This document shows, one piece after another, positions 43,300 through 55,668 of a stretch of DNA of 64,000 nucleotides (positions are counted from its first letter, which is position 1; every line of letters begins with the position of its first letter). The position numbers and the translations under genes are program-made. Under the pieces are notes generated by a model. The model was not told the DNA's origin and did no database searches. It saw only the letters and a list, made by a program, of their open reading frames with translations. Origin of the DNA: the human T2T-CHM13v2.0 reference genome, Homo sapiens; assembly GCF_009914755.1 (NCBI RefSeq), contig NC_060928.1. One strand, given 5' to 3'.

Positions 43300-44812
43300 T
43301 CTTATCTGACTCCAGAAATGTGTGTATGCAGGTAATGAATCCAAGGAATACAGTTGAAAGCAACAACTAAGAGACTGTAAGGGTTGAGCAGAATTAGTAA
43401 AAGCCATCCTTCGTGCTTTGTCCAAGTGCTTTGGAGAGGGTTTTGATAAATCCCTCTAGCTTTCCACTGAAATTCCAGAAGCACCATGATTTAGGAGTAA
43501 GAACATTCTAAGTCTAAGGAAAAATTTAAATAGTGCTCAAAAGCCTAAACTCAAGTTACCGCAGGACCAAGACAATCCTTCCATAATTTAACTGCTCACT
43601 AGAACCACATCCAGCATTCTACAAAAGAAGATAAAAGAACATCAGATCTTTCAATGTATGATTCAGAATATGAGCACAGAACAAAATACTGCTAGGAATT
43701 CAGAAAAGAAGAAAAATATGACCTATAGTCAAGAGAAAATTAGTAAAAATAGATCTCTATATATCCTAAATGTTGAAATAAGAAGACAAGAACTTTCAAG
43801 TAACTACGTCAAACACGTTAAAAAATTTGCAGAAAAAGTTAGTCAAGAATTAGCAGAAAAATATGAGGAATGTCAAACTGATTAAAAAAGCAAAGCCTTA
43901 ATAACTAAACGAAGCCTGGAAGTAAAACATGTGATAGCTGAAATTAAAAAAAAAAGAAAATAGTAGTAACGATGGTAATGGTTAATTACACAATGTATAA
44001 AAAAGAATTTGTGAACAGGAAGTCAAAGTAATCAAAACTAATCAAAAGAAAAGTGATTTTTAAAACCGGCAGAATTTTGATGAATTATAAAATAGTATTA
44101 AACAGTGTAATACACATGGAATTCAGGTTTCATAAAGGAGTAAAAGAGAAAATAGTGCAAGCAAATATATTTCAAAAAATATTGAGTGAAATGTTCCCAG
44201 TGTTATTAAAACCACTAATCTATAGCTCAGTGAAGGACAAGCAGGATAAATACAGACGACATGGTATGGCTCTGTGTCCCCCCTGCTCCCCCGGCCAAAT
44301 CTCACATTGAATTGTAATAATCCCCACACATCAAAAGCAAGGCCAGGTGGAGGTAATTGAATCGTGGGGGTGGATTCCTCGATACTGCTCTTGTGACAGT
44401 GAGTAAGTCTTAAGAGACATGGTGGTTTTATAAATGGGAGTTTCCCTGCACAAGCTCTCTTGCCTCTCACCGCATAAGACATGACTTTACTTCTCCTTTG
44501 TTTTCTGCCATGTTTGTGAGGCCTCCCCAGCCATGTGAAACTGTGAGTCCATTAAACCTCTTTCCTTTATAAATTACCCAGTCTCAGGTATGTCTTTATT
44601 AGCAGGGTGAGAATGAACTAATACAATAGAGAAATAAAATGTTAATGAATTTAATAATCAGACTTCTGAAAACCAAAATAAAGAAAAAAATGTAAAAGCA
44701 GCTAGAGGAAAAGACATTTTGTACCATGAACAAGAATACAAATGTTGACTTATTTTTCATTATAGAGAGTCTTGAAAGTGGAATAGCATCTTTAAAGTGC
44801 TAAAAGTAAATC
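43300..44812 (+). mobile_element. Old L1M 5'/ORF1 region interrupted by THE1
   Basis: A-rich degenerate ORF1 motifs (aaaagcagctagaggaaaagacat, gtggaatagcatctttaaagtgct). Confidence 0.6.
44257..44625 (+). mobile_element. THE1C/D MaLR solo LTR
   Basis: ccaaatctcacattgaattgtaataatcccc...ctaataca; TSD acaga/ataga. Confidence 0.92.
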
Positions 44813-45248
44813 GCATATTAGTTTCCAGTGGCTATGGTAACAAATCAAAGTACACATAATGACTTAAAATAGCATAAATTTATTATCTTACACTTCCAGG
44901 TGTCAAAAATCTGAAATCAATTTCACTGGACTAATGTCAAAGTGCTGGTAGAGCTGGTTTCTTATGGAGGCTTTTGGAGGTAGATCCCTTTCCTTGCCTT
45001 TTTCAGCTTTTGCCTGTATTGCTTGGCTTGTAGCCCCTTCCTTCATCTTCAAAGCTACCACCTTGTCTATGCTTCCCTCAATATAGTCTTTTTCCCTCTC
45101 TCTAACTCCTCCTGTGTTCCTTATATAAGGATTTTCACAATTACTTTGGACCTATCAGTATCATTTAGGGAAATCTCTTATTTAAAAATTATTAACTTAA
45201 TCATGTATGCAAAGTCTTATTTGATCTGTAAGGTAACATTCACAGATA
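44813..45248 (-). mobile_element. MLT1C/D LTR (truncated)
   Basis: tattagtttccagtggctatggtaacaaa...aaggtaacattcacag. Confidence 0.8.
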
Positions 45249-45417
45249 ACTGCATGCTCCAGGGTCCATCTGCATTGTGCAAGGGCTAGACTTACTAATT
45301 AGATGGATATGTGTCAGGGCCCACAACTTCTGCATCCATTAGTACTTTAAGGGAGGCACTGTTTTCAGCCATCTGACATGCAATTTGTTTTTGATCCACT
45401 CTCTTGACTGCAAGGGT

Positions 45418-45775
45418 GTGTTGACTGTTTTGCCTGCTATAACAAATTACCATAGACCAGTTTGCTTATAAACACCAGAAAAGTATTACTCACAATTCTG
45501 GAGGCTAAAAGGTCTAAGATCAAGTTGCTAAGAGACTTGATGTCTGTTGAGGAGCTGTTTATCATAGACAGTGACTTCTAGTTCCATTGTCACATGGTAG
45601 AAGGCACAAATGATCTTTAAACCTCTTATAAGGTAAGGATGCTAATCCCATTCATAGGGACTCTGCCCTCATGACACAATAACTTCCCAAAGTCTTCACC
45701 TCCTAATACCATCACCTTGGGGGTTAGAATTTCAACTTACAAATGTAGGGGGAAGACAAACACTTAGCCCACAGA
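45418..45775 (-). mobile_element. MLT1A LTR
   Basis: ctgctataacaaattaccatagac...cctaataccatcaccttgggggttagaatttcaac. Confidence 0.85.
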
Positions 45776-46032
45776 AGAAGGAAAGGATCTAGTTTTGAAA
45801 AATTATATTGGCCTTCTCCATGAGTGCTCTCACACTACCAGCCAAGGAACCAATGCAGGGGTTGCAGCAACTGTCAAGTATGTCAATTCCAAGCATATAC
45901 TTTGGGAGTGGGAAAATGATCACTGATGTGCTTTATAAACCAAGTAATGCAATGTTCGCCCTAATTTTGGGTCAGGACTTAATTTATAGTCTGGCCACCA
46001 AGTGTTTCTCTCAAATAGAAGGGCCATGATGA

Positions 46033-46666
<634 letters not shown>

Positions 46667-47397
46667 TGTAATTATTTTCTAATGTTACAAGTTGAGTATT
46701 GTTTGTTGGCTACTCATCTATTTTGCCCTTAGAAACTCTGTGTGTTTTTAAACATCCCCATAAGTCTGTGTAGGTCAGGCCATTTGTCTTCCACTTCAAC
46801 CCTACTCTCATTATGACAATTTTAACTATCTAAGTTCTGGAAGTTAAGTGTCACCACAGAGTTTTTATTATTTGGGGGCCCTAGTAACCCCATTTTGGTC
46901 AGTGAGCCAAGTTTTGCAATGACTTTGCTACTGTCAGTTGTGGCTTACCTAGGAGCCAGGAAGAGTAGTGGGGTAGATTCTAAGGCGGATACAGAAATGT
47001 TAGAAGTAAAAGCCTCTTCCTGGTCTTTTTTATAATGAGGATGTGCTAGATATTAATAGCAAAGTACGGGCCACTTCTGTAGGCTCAGAGTTTGACCTTT
47101 TAAAATTTTAATGGACACCCACTCAAGGTTCCCATTATTTTCTATCCAAAGTCTTAACCTTAGCATATCAGAACTGCATGGATTTAGTGTTTTTCTTCCT
47201 CCAGAGCTCAGTTACTCTCACTGTCAAACTGTGGGTGCTTGGTCCCAGTTTGACACTACCTAGTACCAAGATCTGTCTGTACTATACTGACCATCAGTGA
47301 TGGTCAGTATCTATGTGAATAGATTGGTGATAAATAATTTTTATATAACCCTTATTTTCACATTTAATTTCTCAAACATCTCACAGTAAAAATAATT

Positions 47398-47776
47398 GTA
47401 GGTGATTTATTTTTAGGAAACAGATACTAAGATAGGGGTTTTAATATGTAAATATATAGCAGGGATCAACTTCCTGAGAAAAGGAAGAAGAAACAGAAAT
47501 ATTTTGCAACAGGGGAAGCCAAATTGTGATGCAGGCCTAATAAGGCTCAGCCAATCCAAAGGGCAGCTCTGAAGCATATTTGGCTCATCAGAGTTTCTGA
47601 ATTGAGCTAAAATGGGCACATGTTTAAATCCCTTTTATCAGTCTTGGGATATAGGCCATCCACAGGAAGGATGTGTCCTTTTACCAGACAGCCCTCTGCA
47701 GCTGAATCAAACCCTGATGTATCAATGTCCTCTCTTAAAGAGGGATCTAGATGGCATATCTTTCAGGTCCACTACA
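47398..47776 (-). mobile_element. LTR16-like ERVL LTR
   Basis: ggaaacagatactaagat...tgtgatgcaggcc...ctcagccaatcc...gcagctctg...gtccactaca. Confidence 0.75.
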
Positions 47777-47839
47777 ACATAAAACACAGGTAAGGGAACA
47801 CAGTGTCAAGCACTTGAATATGTCTTCAATAAGAATATA

Positions 47840-48820
47840 TATTACTATTCAATGAGTCTATGAGAAAAATGCTCAACATGCTTAGTCATCAGAAAGACGC
47901 AAATTAAAAACACAGAAATAAGTGATTTCATACATAGAGTGGTAAAAAATAACAACTATGAAATACGGGACAAATGTTAAAGAGGATGTGGAGCAACTTG
48001 ACTTGCAAGTGTTGATGGTGGGAGGTAAAAAGTAGAACCATTTTTAAAAATTGCTTGGAAATTTCTAGTAAAACAACATTCAATTACAGTTGACCCATGA
48101 ATAACACAGGTCTGAACTGTATAGATCTAGTATACACAGATATTTTCAACCAAACTCTGAACTAAAATATAGGACTTGCATAGATGCTGATTACTGTGTA
48201 CCAACGCCCTGAGTATACTGAGGGACAACTGTACCTATGTCCCAGGAATACCATTCCGATGTAATTTCTCAACAGAAATAAAAGTATGTAATCACAAAAA
48301 GCCTTACATAAGAATTTTCATAGTAGCAGTAATCATAACAGCCAAGAACTGGCAATAATCCAAATGCCCATCAAAAAATGAACAGATTAAAAACTGGTGG
48401 TATATTTATACAATGAAACACTATTAAGCAAAAGTTAAAAAAAAATTTAAAAACACTTAAAATTACAATCTACTGATATGCACAGCTACATAAATGAACT
48501 TCAGAAACATTGTGGTAAGCAAAAAGAATCCACACATAAAAGAGTGTATAAATATGATGCTAAAGTATGATGCTATTTAACAAAAAGTTAAAGAAGATGC
48601 AAAACTAACGTATAAGAAGAGAAGTCAAAACAGAGGTTGTCTTAGGATGTATAATTGGAAAGAGGCTCAAAGGTACTTTTCGGGTGGTTGGATGTTACAT
48701 ACATTAATATAGGTTTTGGTCATGCAAAGGTATGTATTTAACAAAATTTATCAATGTGTATACTTAAAAACCTTGTGCTATGTTGTATATAGATTATTTC
48801 CTAATTAAATAAAAATATTA
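47840..48820 (+). mobile_element. L1MD/ME-like 3' end
   Basis: aaatgctcaacatgcttagtcatcag...ccaaatgcccatcaa... Confidence 0.75.
48087..48231 (+). mobile_element. MER8/Tigger2-type MITE
   Basis: TA-cagttgaccc...gagggacaactg-TA terminal inverted repeats with TA TSD. Confidence 0.8.
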
Positions 48821-49359
48821 CCCTCCCTTCAAAAATGCTAACTGCAAGTAAAAAAATTATGCATCTTGAATAGATATAAATAAATTTTAGTAAGAAAATT
48901 ATTACATACATACAGGCAAGCACAAAGATTAAGAATGCAAGGACTATGTGATATTAACTGTAATAAATTCAGTTCAAAAACAATTTAAAGCAAAGGACCC
49001 TATAAAATACAATAAAAAGGAATAAAAGAGCACAACACCAAATGGTGAATTTTGCAAACATTTAAGCATAATCATTATAATATATTAGTATACATTACAA
49101 AAAAGACAGGAACTTACAAAGAAAAGTTATAAAATTAAAATAGTAGTAAGAAAATGTTATTTCTAATATGCAGTCAATGACAGAACAATATACAAAAATG
49201 GAAAACAACCTACATTATGTAATTGGTAACTTAGATTTAATTGAGTTAATTTTTTTTTGCATTCCAGGACTTACGGAATGTTTACTATGAGTATTAAAAG
49301 TCACAAAAATACCATCACCTTCAACAACAAAACAGGCTAAAGCCAATTTCAAAAAGTAG

Positions 49360-49605
49360 GTATATAGCATAGTAGTGGGCTCTGAAACCAGGCTGATCAC
49401 AAATTCCAGCTTACTAGCCAAGTGACTTAGGGCCAGTTACACAACCTCAGTTTCAGTTTCTTTACCTAATAATATAAATGAAGAAAATAATAATAGTCTC
49501 TACTTCATAACGCTGGAAATATTAAGCAATTTGATGAATATAAAACATTAAAAATGGTGCTTAGACTAAAGTAAACCCTCTGTCAACATTATCATTACTA
49601 TTATT
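49360..49605 (+). mobile_element. MIR
   Basis: gtgacttagggccagttacacaacctcagtttc core. Confidence 0.75.
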
Positions 49606-50429
49606 GCAGAGTACCCTATTTATGATGATGATTGATACAATTGCAGTCATAAAATCCTAGTAAGGAAGACTTCTGCCAATAATTGAAGCATAATGTGTTG
49701 AATCACAATTTTTTTCTATGTCTTTTACCACTCACAAATTTCCTTTAATGTAGTGCATTTTCTCAAGATTCCAGGGACAAGTGGGATAGGTCTAATGTGA
49801 ACGTACTTCCAACCTGCAGGTCAGTGTTTTGACCATCTCTTGCTTTTATACCACTAATATAAGGTCAATGCAGCACATGCTTCTTAACTGCTAAGAATTC
49901 GAATCTACAAGATATTGAAAGGGGCAGCAAGAACCAAGTTGAGGTGACCGTCTAATGCAAACTGGCTTACTCTGTTGTGCTCTCAGAAAGGCAAATGAGA
50001 AACTCTAACATCTAACATTCCTTTAACAGGACACATCACTTTCAATTTTTCAGAGAAAATTAAGTCTCAGTGACTTAAATCTAAGTCATTGTCACAGAAC
50101 TGAGCTGTGTGACATTGAGCAAATGACTTATTAGCTATGAGTCTCAGTGTCTTCATTTGTAATGATAAAGTAAACTTGAAAAACTTACCTCTAAGAGGCA
50201 ATGAAATGGATGCTATAGGATCATTAATTGCTAACTATCCTTTCCCTTCTTCTCATCCTGTGAAAAGTTACCAGATTGCACCTGATATTCAGATATAAAT
50301 GACCAATGCCAGGTTATTTCTGAAGACCAAATACTTACATTCAGAATAGATACTATAGGTACTAAATTTCTAAAGGGAAAAGGAGAAATGGCTTGGGAAA
50401 TGGAGGCAGAAAAGCCACACCACGTCTGT

Positions 50430-50675
50430 CCTAGTCTAAAGAAGTGTTTAAGAGTACAGACTCTAGATTCAGAGGATTGAGGTCCCACTTTCTGCCTTTC
50501 AAATGTACAAGTCTGGTTAATTTATTCAAACTTTCTAATACAACAAACTTATCTGTGGACTAAAGATGATAATATGTCCTACTTATTAACTTTTGTGTGA
50601 AATAGAAAATGTAGTGAATAATTAGCAGAGGGTCTGGCAAGAGATAGATACTGAGATCTCTTAGGTATTATTAAC
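50430..50675 (+). mobile_element. MIR (another fragment at ~50095-50220)
   Basis: ttaagagtacagactctagattcaga...ttagcagagggtctggca. Confidence 0.6.
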
Positions 50676-51139
50676 AATGTATGTTTCCTTCCAGCTCTGC
50701 ATACAAAACCAGACTACAGTAAAGGGACACTTGGTCTGTTCACAAAAATAATCGTCATCACTATTTCTCTCTGGCACTACCTAGAGAAAGAATTGCCAGT
50801 CAGCGATCTGGATCTCACATCTAGATTTAATCCCATGGAAGACAACATGAAAAGCTTCTTAATAAATGAGATAAGACCTGAATCTGGGTTTTACGTTTTT
50901 CTCTAATTCTACCAGGACATGGTAAATGCTAGCTAAATAAAAAAAAAAATGCAGTTGTGTTCTGGCAGTTTACAATTATCTTGCATTTTTATAGTGCCAA
51001 TTTGCAAAGCACTTTCATTTACACCACATCACAAAACCGTTAAATTGCCCTTCAAAGGCAAGTCAGAGTAGGCATTCCTATTGCTGTGATACTAATGAAA
51101 CTGAGTACCAGAGATAATAAAGAGAGATAACACCAACTG

Positions 51140-51352
51140 AGTCTTTATTAAATGTAAAGCATTGGTCTAAATATGTTACGTACATTAACTTGCTTAGTAC
51201 TCCAGCACCCCTATGAAGAAGGTACTATTGTTATCTCCATTTTACAGATGAGAAAACTGAACCCTAGAGAAGTCAAGAAACTTAAGTGTAAAGTAAGGAT
51301 TTTAAGCACAAGGAGTCTAGTCCCAGAGTTCAAGTGTTTAGCACTGAACCAG
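51140..51352 (-). mobile_element. MIR
   Basis: ccctatgaagaaggtactattgttatctccattttacagatgagaaaactga. Confidence 0.8.
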
Positions 51353-52159
51353 CAGCCAGCAGGACTACTGTGTTGAGAGGAAGTAGAAACAGTGCACTTT
51401 AATTACTTCCAACTCACTTGTTATGAAATTAGGAAAAACATTAGTAATAATAATAATACTGAGTAATGTCACTGGCAAATAATGACTCATTGCTGTCCCT
51501 TTACACAAATGATAATAAGCTAGGATATATCATACGAAGTACACATTTCAGCAACAACAGGGATTGCAACAGCAACAGTAGCAGACAATTAAATACCTGT
51601 GGAACTTCAGGGATTCAAAAAACATGAATAAGATTTAGGACTCCTTCGAGGAACATAAAAGAAGACATGAATAAATGGAAGGACATATTTTATGACTGGA
51701 TAGCAGGAGTTGGAATTGTAAAAATGATATTTCTCTCTGAACTAATCAGTGAACCTAATGTGATGCAATAAAAAAGAAAAAAAAAATTTATTTTTTCCTG
51801 AAACTAGGTGATTTGATTCCAAAATTTATATGGGAAAATCTATACGTGACATTAGCATTTAAAGTTTGAAGGGAAAAAATTTAAGAGAAGACTAGCATAT
51901 TACCTATCAAAATGAGTGATCAAACTCCAGCACTTAGAATAATTTTATATTTTAGTCCTCAAGAGAGACAGATCATTAGGATAGAACATCAAATTCTAAA
52001 ACATTCCCAGCTAAGTATGAGAAGTGGAGAAAGAATGAATAGCATCAAAATTACTAGCTGCAATCTGTGGTGGGTGGCATAGGAAGGAGGGCTAAAAAAT
52101 CCCCAAACTAAATAAATTAAACACCCTAACCCTAATATTTCTTATTGTTTCCTTCCTCT

Positions 52160-52490
52160 GTTTTTTTTTTTTTTCCTTTCTTTTTTGGTTGGAAACAAGG
52201 TGTTGCTCTGTCTTCCAGGCTGGACTACAGCTGTGCAATTACAGCTCACAGCAACCTTGAACTCAGATGTGCTCAAGTAATCCTCCTACCTTTGACTCCT
52301 GAGTAACTGAGCCTACAGGTGCATGCCTCTGTGTCTGGCTATTTTTTCTTTCTTTTTTTTTTTTTTTTTTTTGTAGAGATGGGGTCATGCTTGTTGTCCA
52401 GGCTGGCTGGCCTCAAACTCCTGGCCTCAGCCATCCTCCTGCCTCAGTCCCCCAAAGCACTGGGATCACAGATATGAGTCACTGTGCCCA
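52160..52490 (-). mobile_element. AluJ
   Basis: ttgctctgtcttccaggctgg...ttgtagagatggggtc...caaagcactgggatcacag. Confidence 0.9.
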
Positions 52491-52763
52491 ACCCTTCTTT
52501 TGTTTTTTATGTGAAAAATAATAAATAAAATACTTAAGTATTAAGGAGCAAAATAATAAATGATATAAAAGAAAACATAAAATATCAATGAAAATATTGA
52601 TGAGAAAGGCCTCTCTGAGTAATACAGCCAAAAAGCACAAAATGATAGATACACTGCTAAATTTGACTACATAAAACATTAATATATTCTGCATCCTCAA
52701 ATGGACAAAATGTCAAGCCCAACACAAACATGACGTGTCAAAAGTTATTTTCCACATAGATGG

Positions 52764-53140
52764 TATATTAGTCTGTTCTCATGTTGCTATAAAGAACTGC
52801 CTGAGACTGGGTAATTTATAAACAAAAGAGGTTTAATTGACTCACAGTTCAACATGGCTGGGGAGGCCTCAGGAAACTTAATCATAGTAAAAGGGGAGGC
52901 AAAACACGTCCTTCTTCATAAGGCAGCAGAAAAGAGAAGAATTAGTGTCCAGTGAAGGGGAAGCCCCTTATAAAACAATCAGATCTTGTGAGAATTAACT
53001 CACTATTATGAGAACTGGATGGGGAAACCACACCCTTGATTCAATTATCTCTACCTGGTCTCTCCCATGACATGTGGGGATTATGGAAACTACAATTCAA
53101 GATGAGATTTGGTGGAGAGGGACACAGCCAAATCATATCA
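52764..53140 (-). mobile_element. THE1D-like MaLR solo LTR
   Basis: Perfect TSD gatgg (52759-52763, 53141-53145); typical THE1 antisense. Confidence 0.93.
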
Positions 53141-53527
53141 GATGGGAAAGGGCTAATTTACTTTAAAATCTATTACTAAAGTTTTAGATACTTAGAAAAA
53201 TTAACTGAGGATCTCAAAAGTGAATTCATTAAAAAATAAATTAAAATGTCTTATAAATATGTCTAAGAATGTTAATAAACTTAAATAAATGCAAATTAAA
53301 ACCCCAATATACCATTTTTAATTATCAGTGTGGTACATTTTCAAAAGTGCTATGATATACAGAACAGATTGTGATGATATACAAAATTGTTGATATACAG
53401 AAAGATGAGTATTTGGAGAATCACATTGCTGGCTATATTGCAAATTGTTGGAACCGCTTTGAAAGGGACTATGGCAAAATTAGGCAATATTTAAAATACA
53501 CATTTATATAAATCCTTATATACTTAC

Positions 53528-54597
53528 TGTTGCGGGAAGTCAGGGACCCCAAACGGAGGGACCGGCTGAAGCCATGGCAGAAGAACGTGGATTGTGAAGA
53601 TTTTATGGACATTTATTAGTTCCCCAAATTAATACTTTTGTAATTTCTTATGCCTGTCTTTACTGCAGTCTCTAAACATAAATTGTAAAGATTTCATGGA
53701 CACTTATCACTTCCCCAATCAACATACTTGTGATTTCCTATGCCTGTCTTTACTTTAATCTCTTAATCCTGTCAGCCGAGAAGGATGTATATCATCTCAG
53801 GACCCTGTAATAATTGCATTAACTACACAAATTGTACAGCGTGTGTGTTTGAGCAATATGAAATGTGGGCACCCTGAAAAAAGAACAGGATAACAGCAAT
53901 TGTTCAGGGAATAAGAGAGTAAACCTTAAACTCTGACTGCTGGTGAGCTGGGCAGAACAGAGCCATATTTCTCTTCTTTCAAAAGCAAATGGGAGAAATA
54001 TCGCTGAATTCTTTTTCTCAGCATGGAACGTCCCTGACAAAGAGAATGTGCACCTAGGGGTAGGTCTCTGAACTGGCCCTCCCGGGGCGTACCTGTCTCT
54101 TATGGTCGAGATTGCAGAGGTGAAATAAACTCCAGTCTCCCATAGCGCTCCCAGGCTTATTAGGAAGAGGAAATTCCCACCTAATACATTTTGGTCAGAC
54201 CGATTGATCTCAAAACGCTGTCTCCTGATAAGATGTTATCAATGACAATGGTGCCCAAAACTTCATTAGCAATTTTAATTTCGCCTCCATCCTGTGGCCT
54301 TGTGATCTCGCCCTGCCTCCACTTGCCTTGTGATATTCTATTACCCTGTTAAGTACTTGATGTCTGCGACCCACACCTATTCGTATACTCCCTCCCCTTT
54401 TGAAACTCCCTAATAAAAACTTGCTGGTTTTTGTGGCTTGTGGGGCATCACGGATCCTACCAACGTGTGATATCTCCCCCGGACGCCCAGCTTTAAAATT
54501 TCTCTCTTTTGTACTCTGTCCCTTTATTTCTCAAGCCAGCCGACGCTTAGGAAAATAGAAAAGAACCTACGTGATTATCGGGGCAGGTCCCCTGATA
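53528..54597 (+). mobile_element. MER11 (C-like) HERV-K11/HML-8 solo LTR, 1070 bp
   Basis: tgttgcgggaagtcagggacccc start; perfect 6-bp TSD acttac; many CpGs retained. Confidence 0.93.
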
Positions 54598-54957
54598 ACT
54601 TACATAAACTCTTATACACTTATATAAACACACACTTAATATAAACTCTTATATTTAAGTGGTAATTCTGAAAATTAGTGATAAGAACCATAAGGCATCC
54701 AGCACATTTTCTGATCCATGTCAGGTGCTGCATTAAAGATGATCACAGGGAAGATGGCAGCTGTGTGTGCTGTTAATATCTTCATTTTTCAGATGAGAAA
54801 GTGAGAGGCAAACAGGTGTGAGCCTAACTTTAGGTCACAGCATTGGTGATGCTGGGTCCCTAAATTCAAATCCTAGTCTACTAGTTTCAAATTTCATACT
54901 GCGTATCTGATTTTAAGAGTATCATGAAATGTCATGATTGTACGTGGTAAAAGTTAA

Positions 54958-55427
54958 TTTATCAGTTATCTATTACTACACAACAAGTCACCTCAAAACT
55001 TAGTGGGATTTTTTCTCAAAATTCTGTGGACTGGCTGAACTCAGGCAATTATTCTGCTGGTCTTTTATGGGTTCACTGATGTAGCTATAGCATCTGGAGG
55101 CTCAACTGAGGCTAGAGGGTCTAGGATGGTCTTATGAACTTGTCTAGACTTAAGGTGCACTTTGGCTGGGCATCTCTCTCCATGTGGTAACTCATTATAG
55201 AGCAGTCTAGACCAGGCTCCTTAATATGTGACAGGTGAGTTCCAGGAAGGCAAGTACTGATGCACAAGTACTTATTTAGCTTCTGTTAATGTCACATTTG
55301 CTGAATTCCCATTGAACAAACTAAATTAAATAGTTAAACCCAGAATCAACAGAAAAAGGAATTATACAAGAAAGTGAATGGTTAAAGGCATCCTTCCTTA
55401 AGATGCATTAACGTACAACACACCACA
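54958..55427 (-). mobile_element. MLT1H-like LTR
   Basis: atcagttatctatt...cctcaaaacttagtgg...ctctctccatgtgg...tcacatttgctgaattcccattg. Confidence 0.7.
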
Positions 55428-55479
55428 ATGCTATGAATGGGGCGCATGCATCAGATGAGGTTTTAATTGGTTTAGAACA

Positions 55480-55668
55480 AAGATCAGCACACTATGGACT
55501 GCTTTCATTTTTTTTTTTTTAAGTATTGAAGTATAGCCATGACTGTTTTTCTGTGGAGGCTTTTGTGCTATAACAGCAGAGTTGAACAGTTGCAAGACAG
55601 ACCATTTGTCCAGCAAAGCCTGAGATATTTACTATCTGGCCCTTTATGGAGAAAGATTGTAGACCTAG
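55480..55668 (-). mobile_element. MER58A
   Basis: cagcagagttgaacagttgcaagacagacc...aaagcctgagatatttactatctggcccttta. Confidence 0.8.

Larger units (their letters stand above)
51560..53520 (+). mobile_element. L1ME-like ORF2 remnant interrupted by Alu and THE1
   Basis: gaagacatgaataaatggaaggacata, attccaaaatttatatgg, aaatgcaaattaaaacc. Confidence 0.65.
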
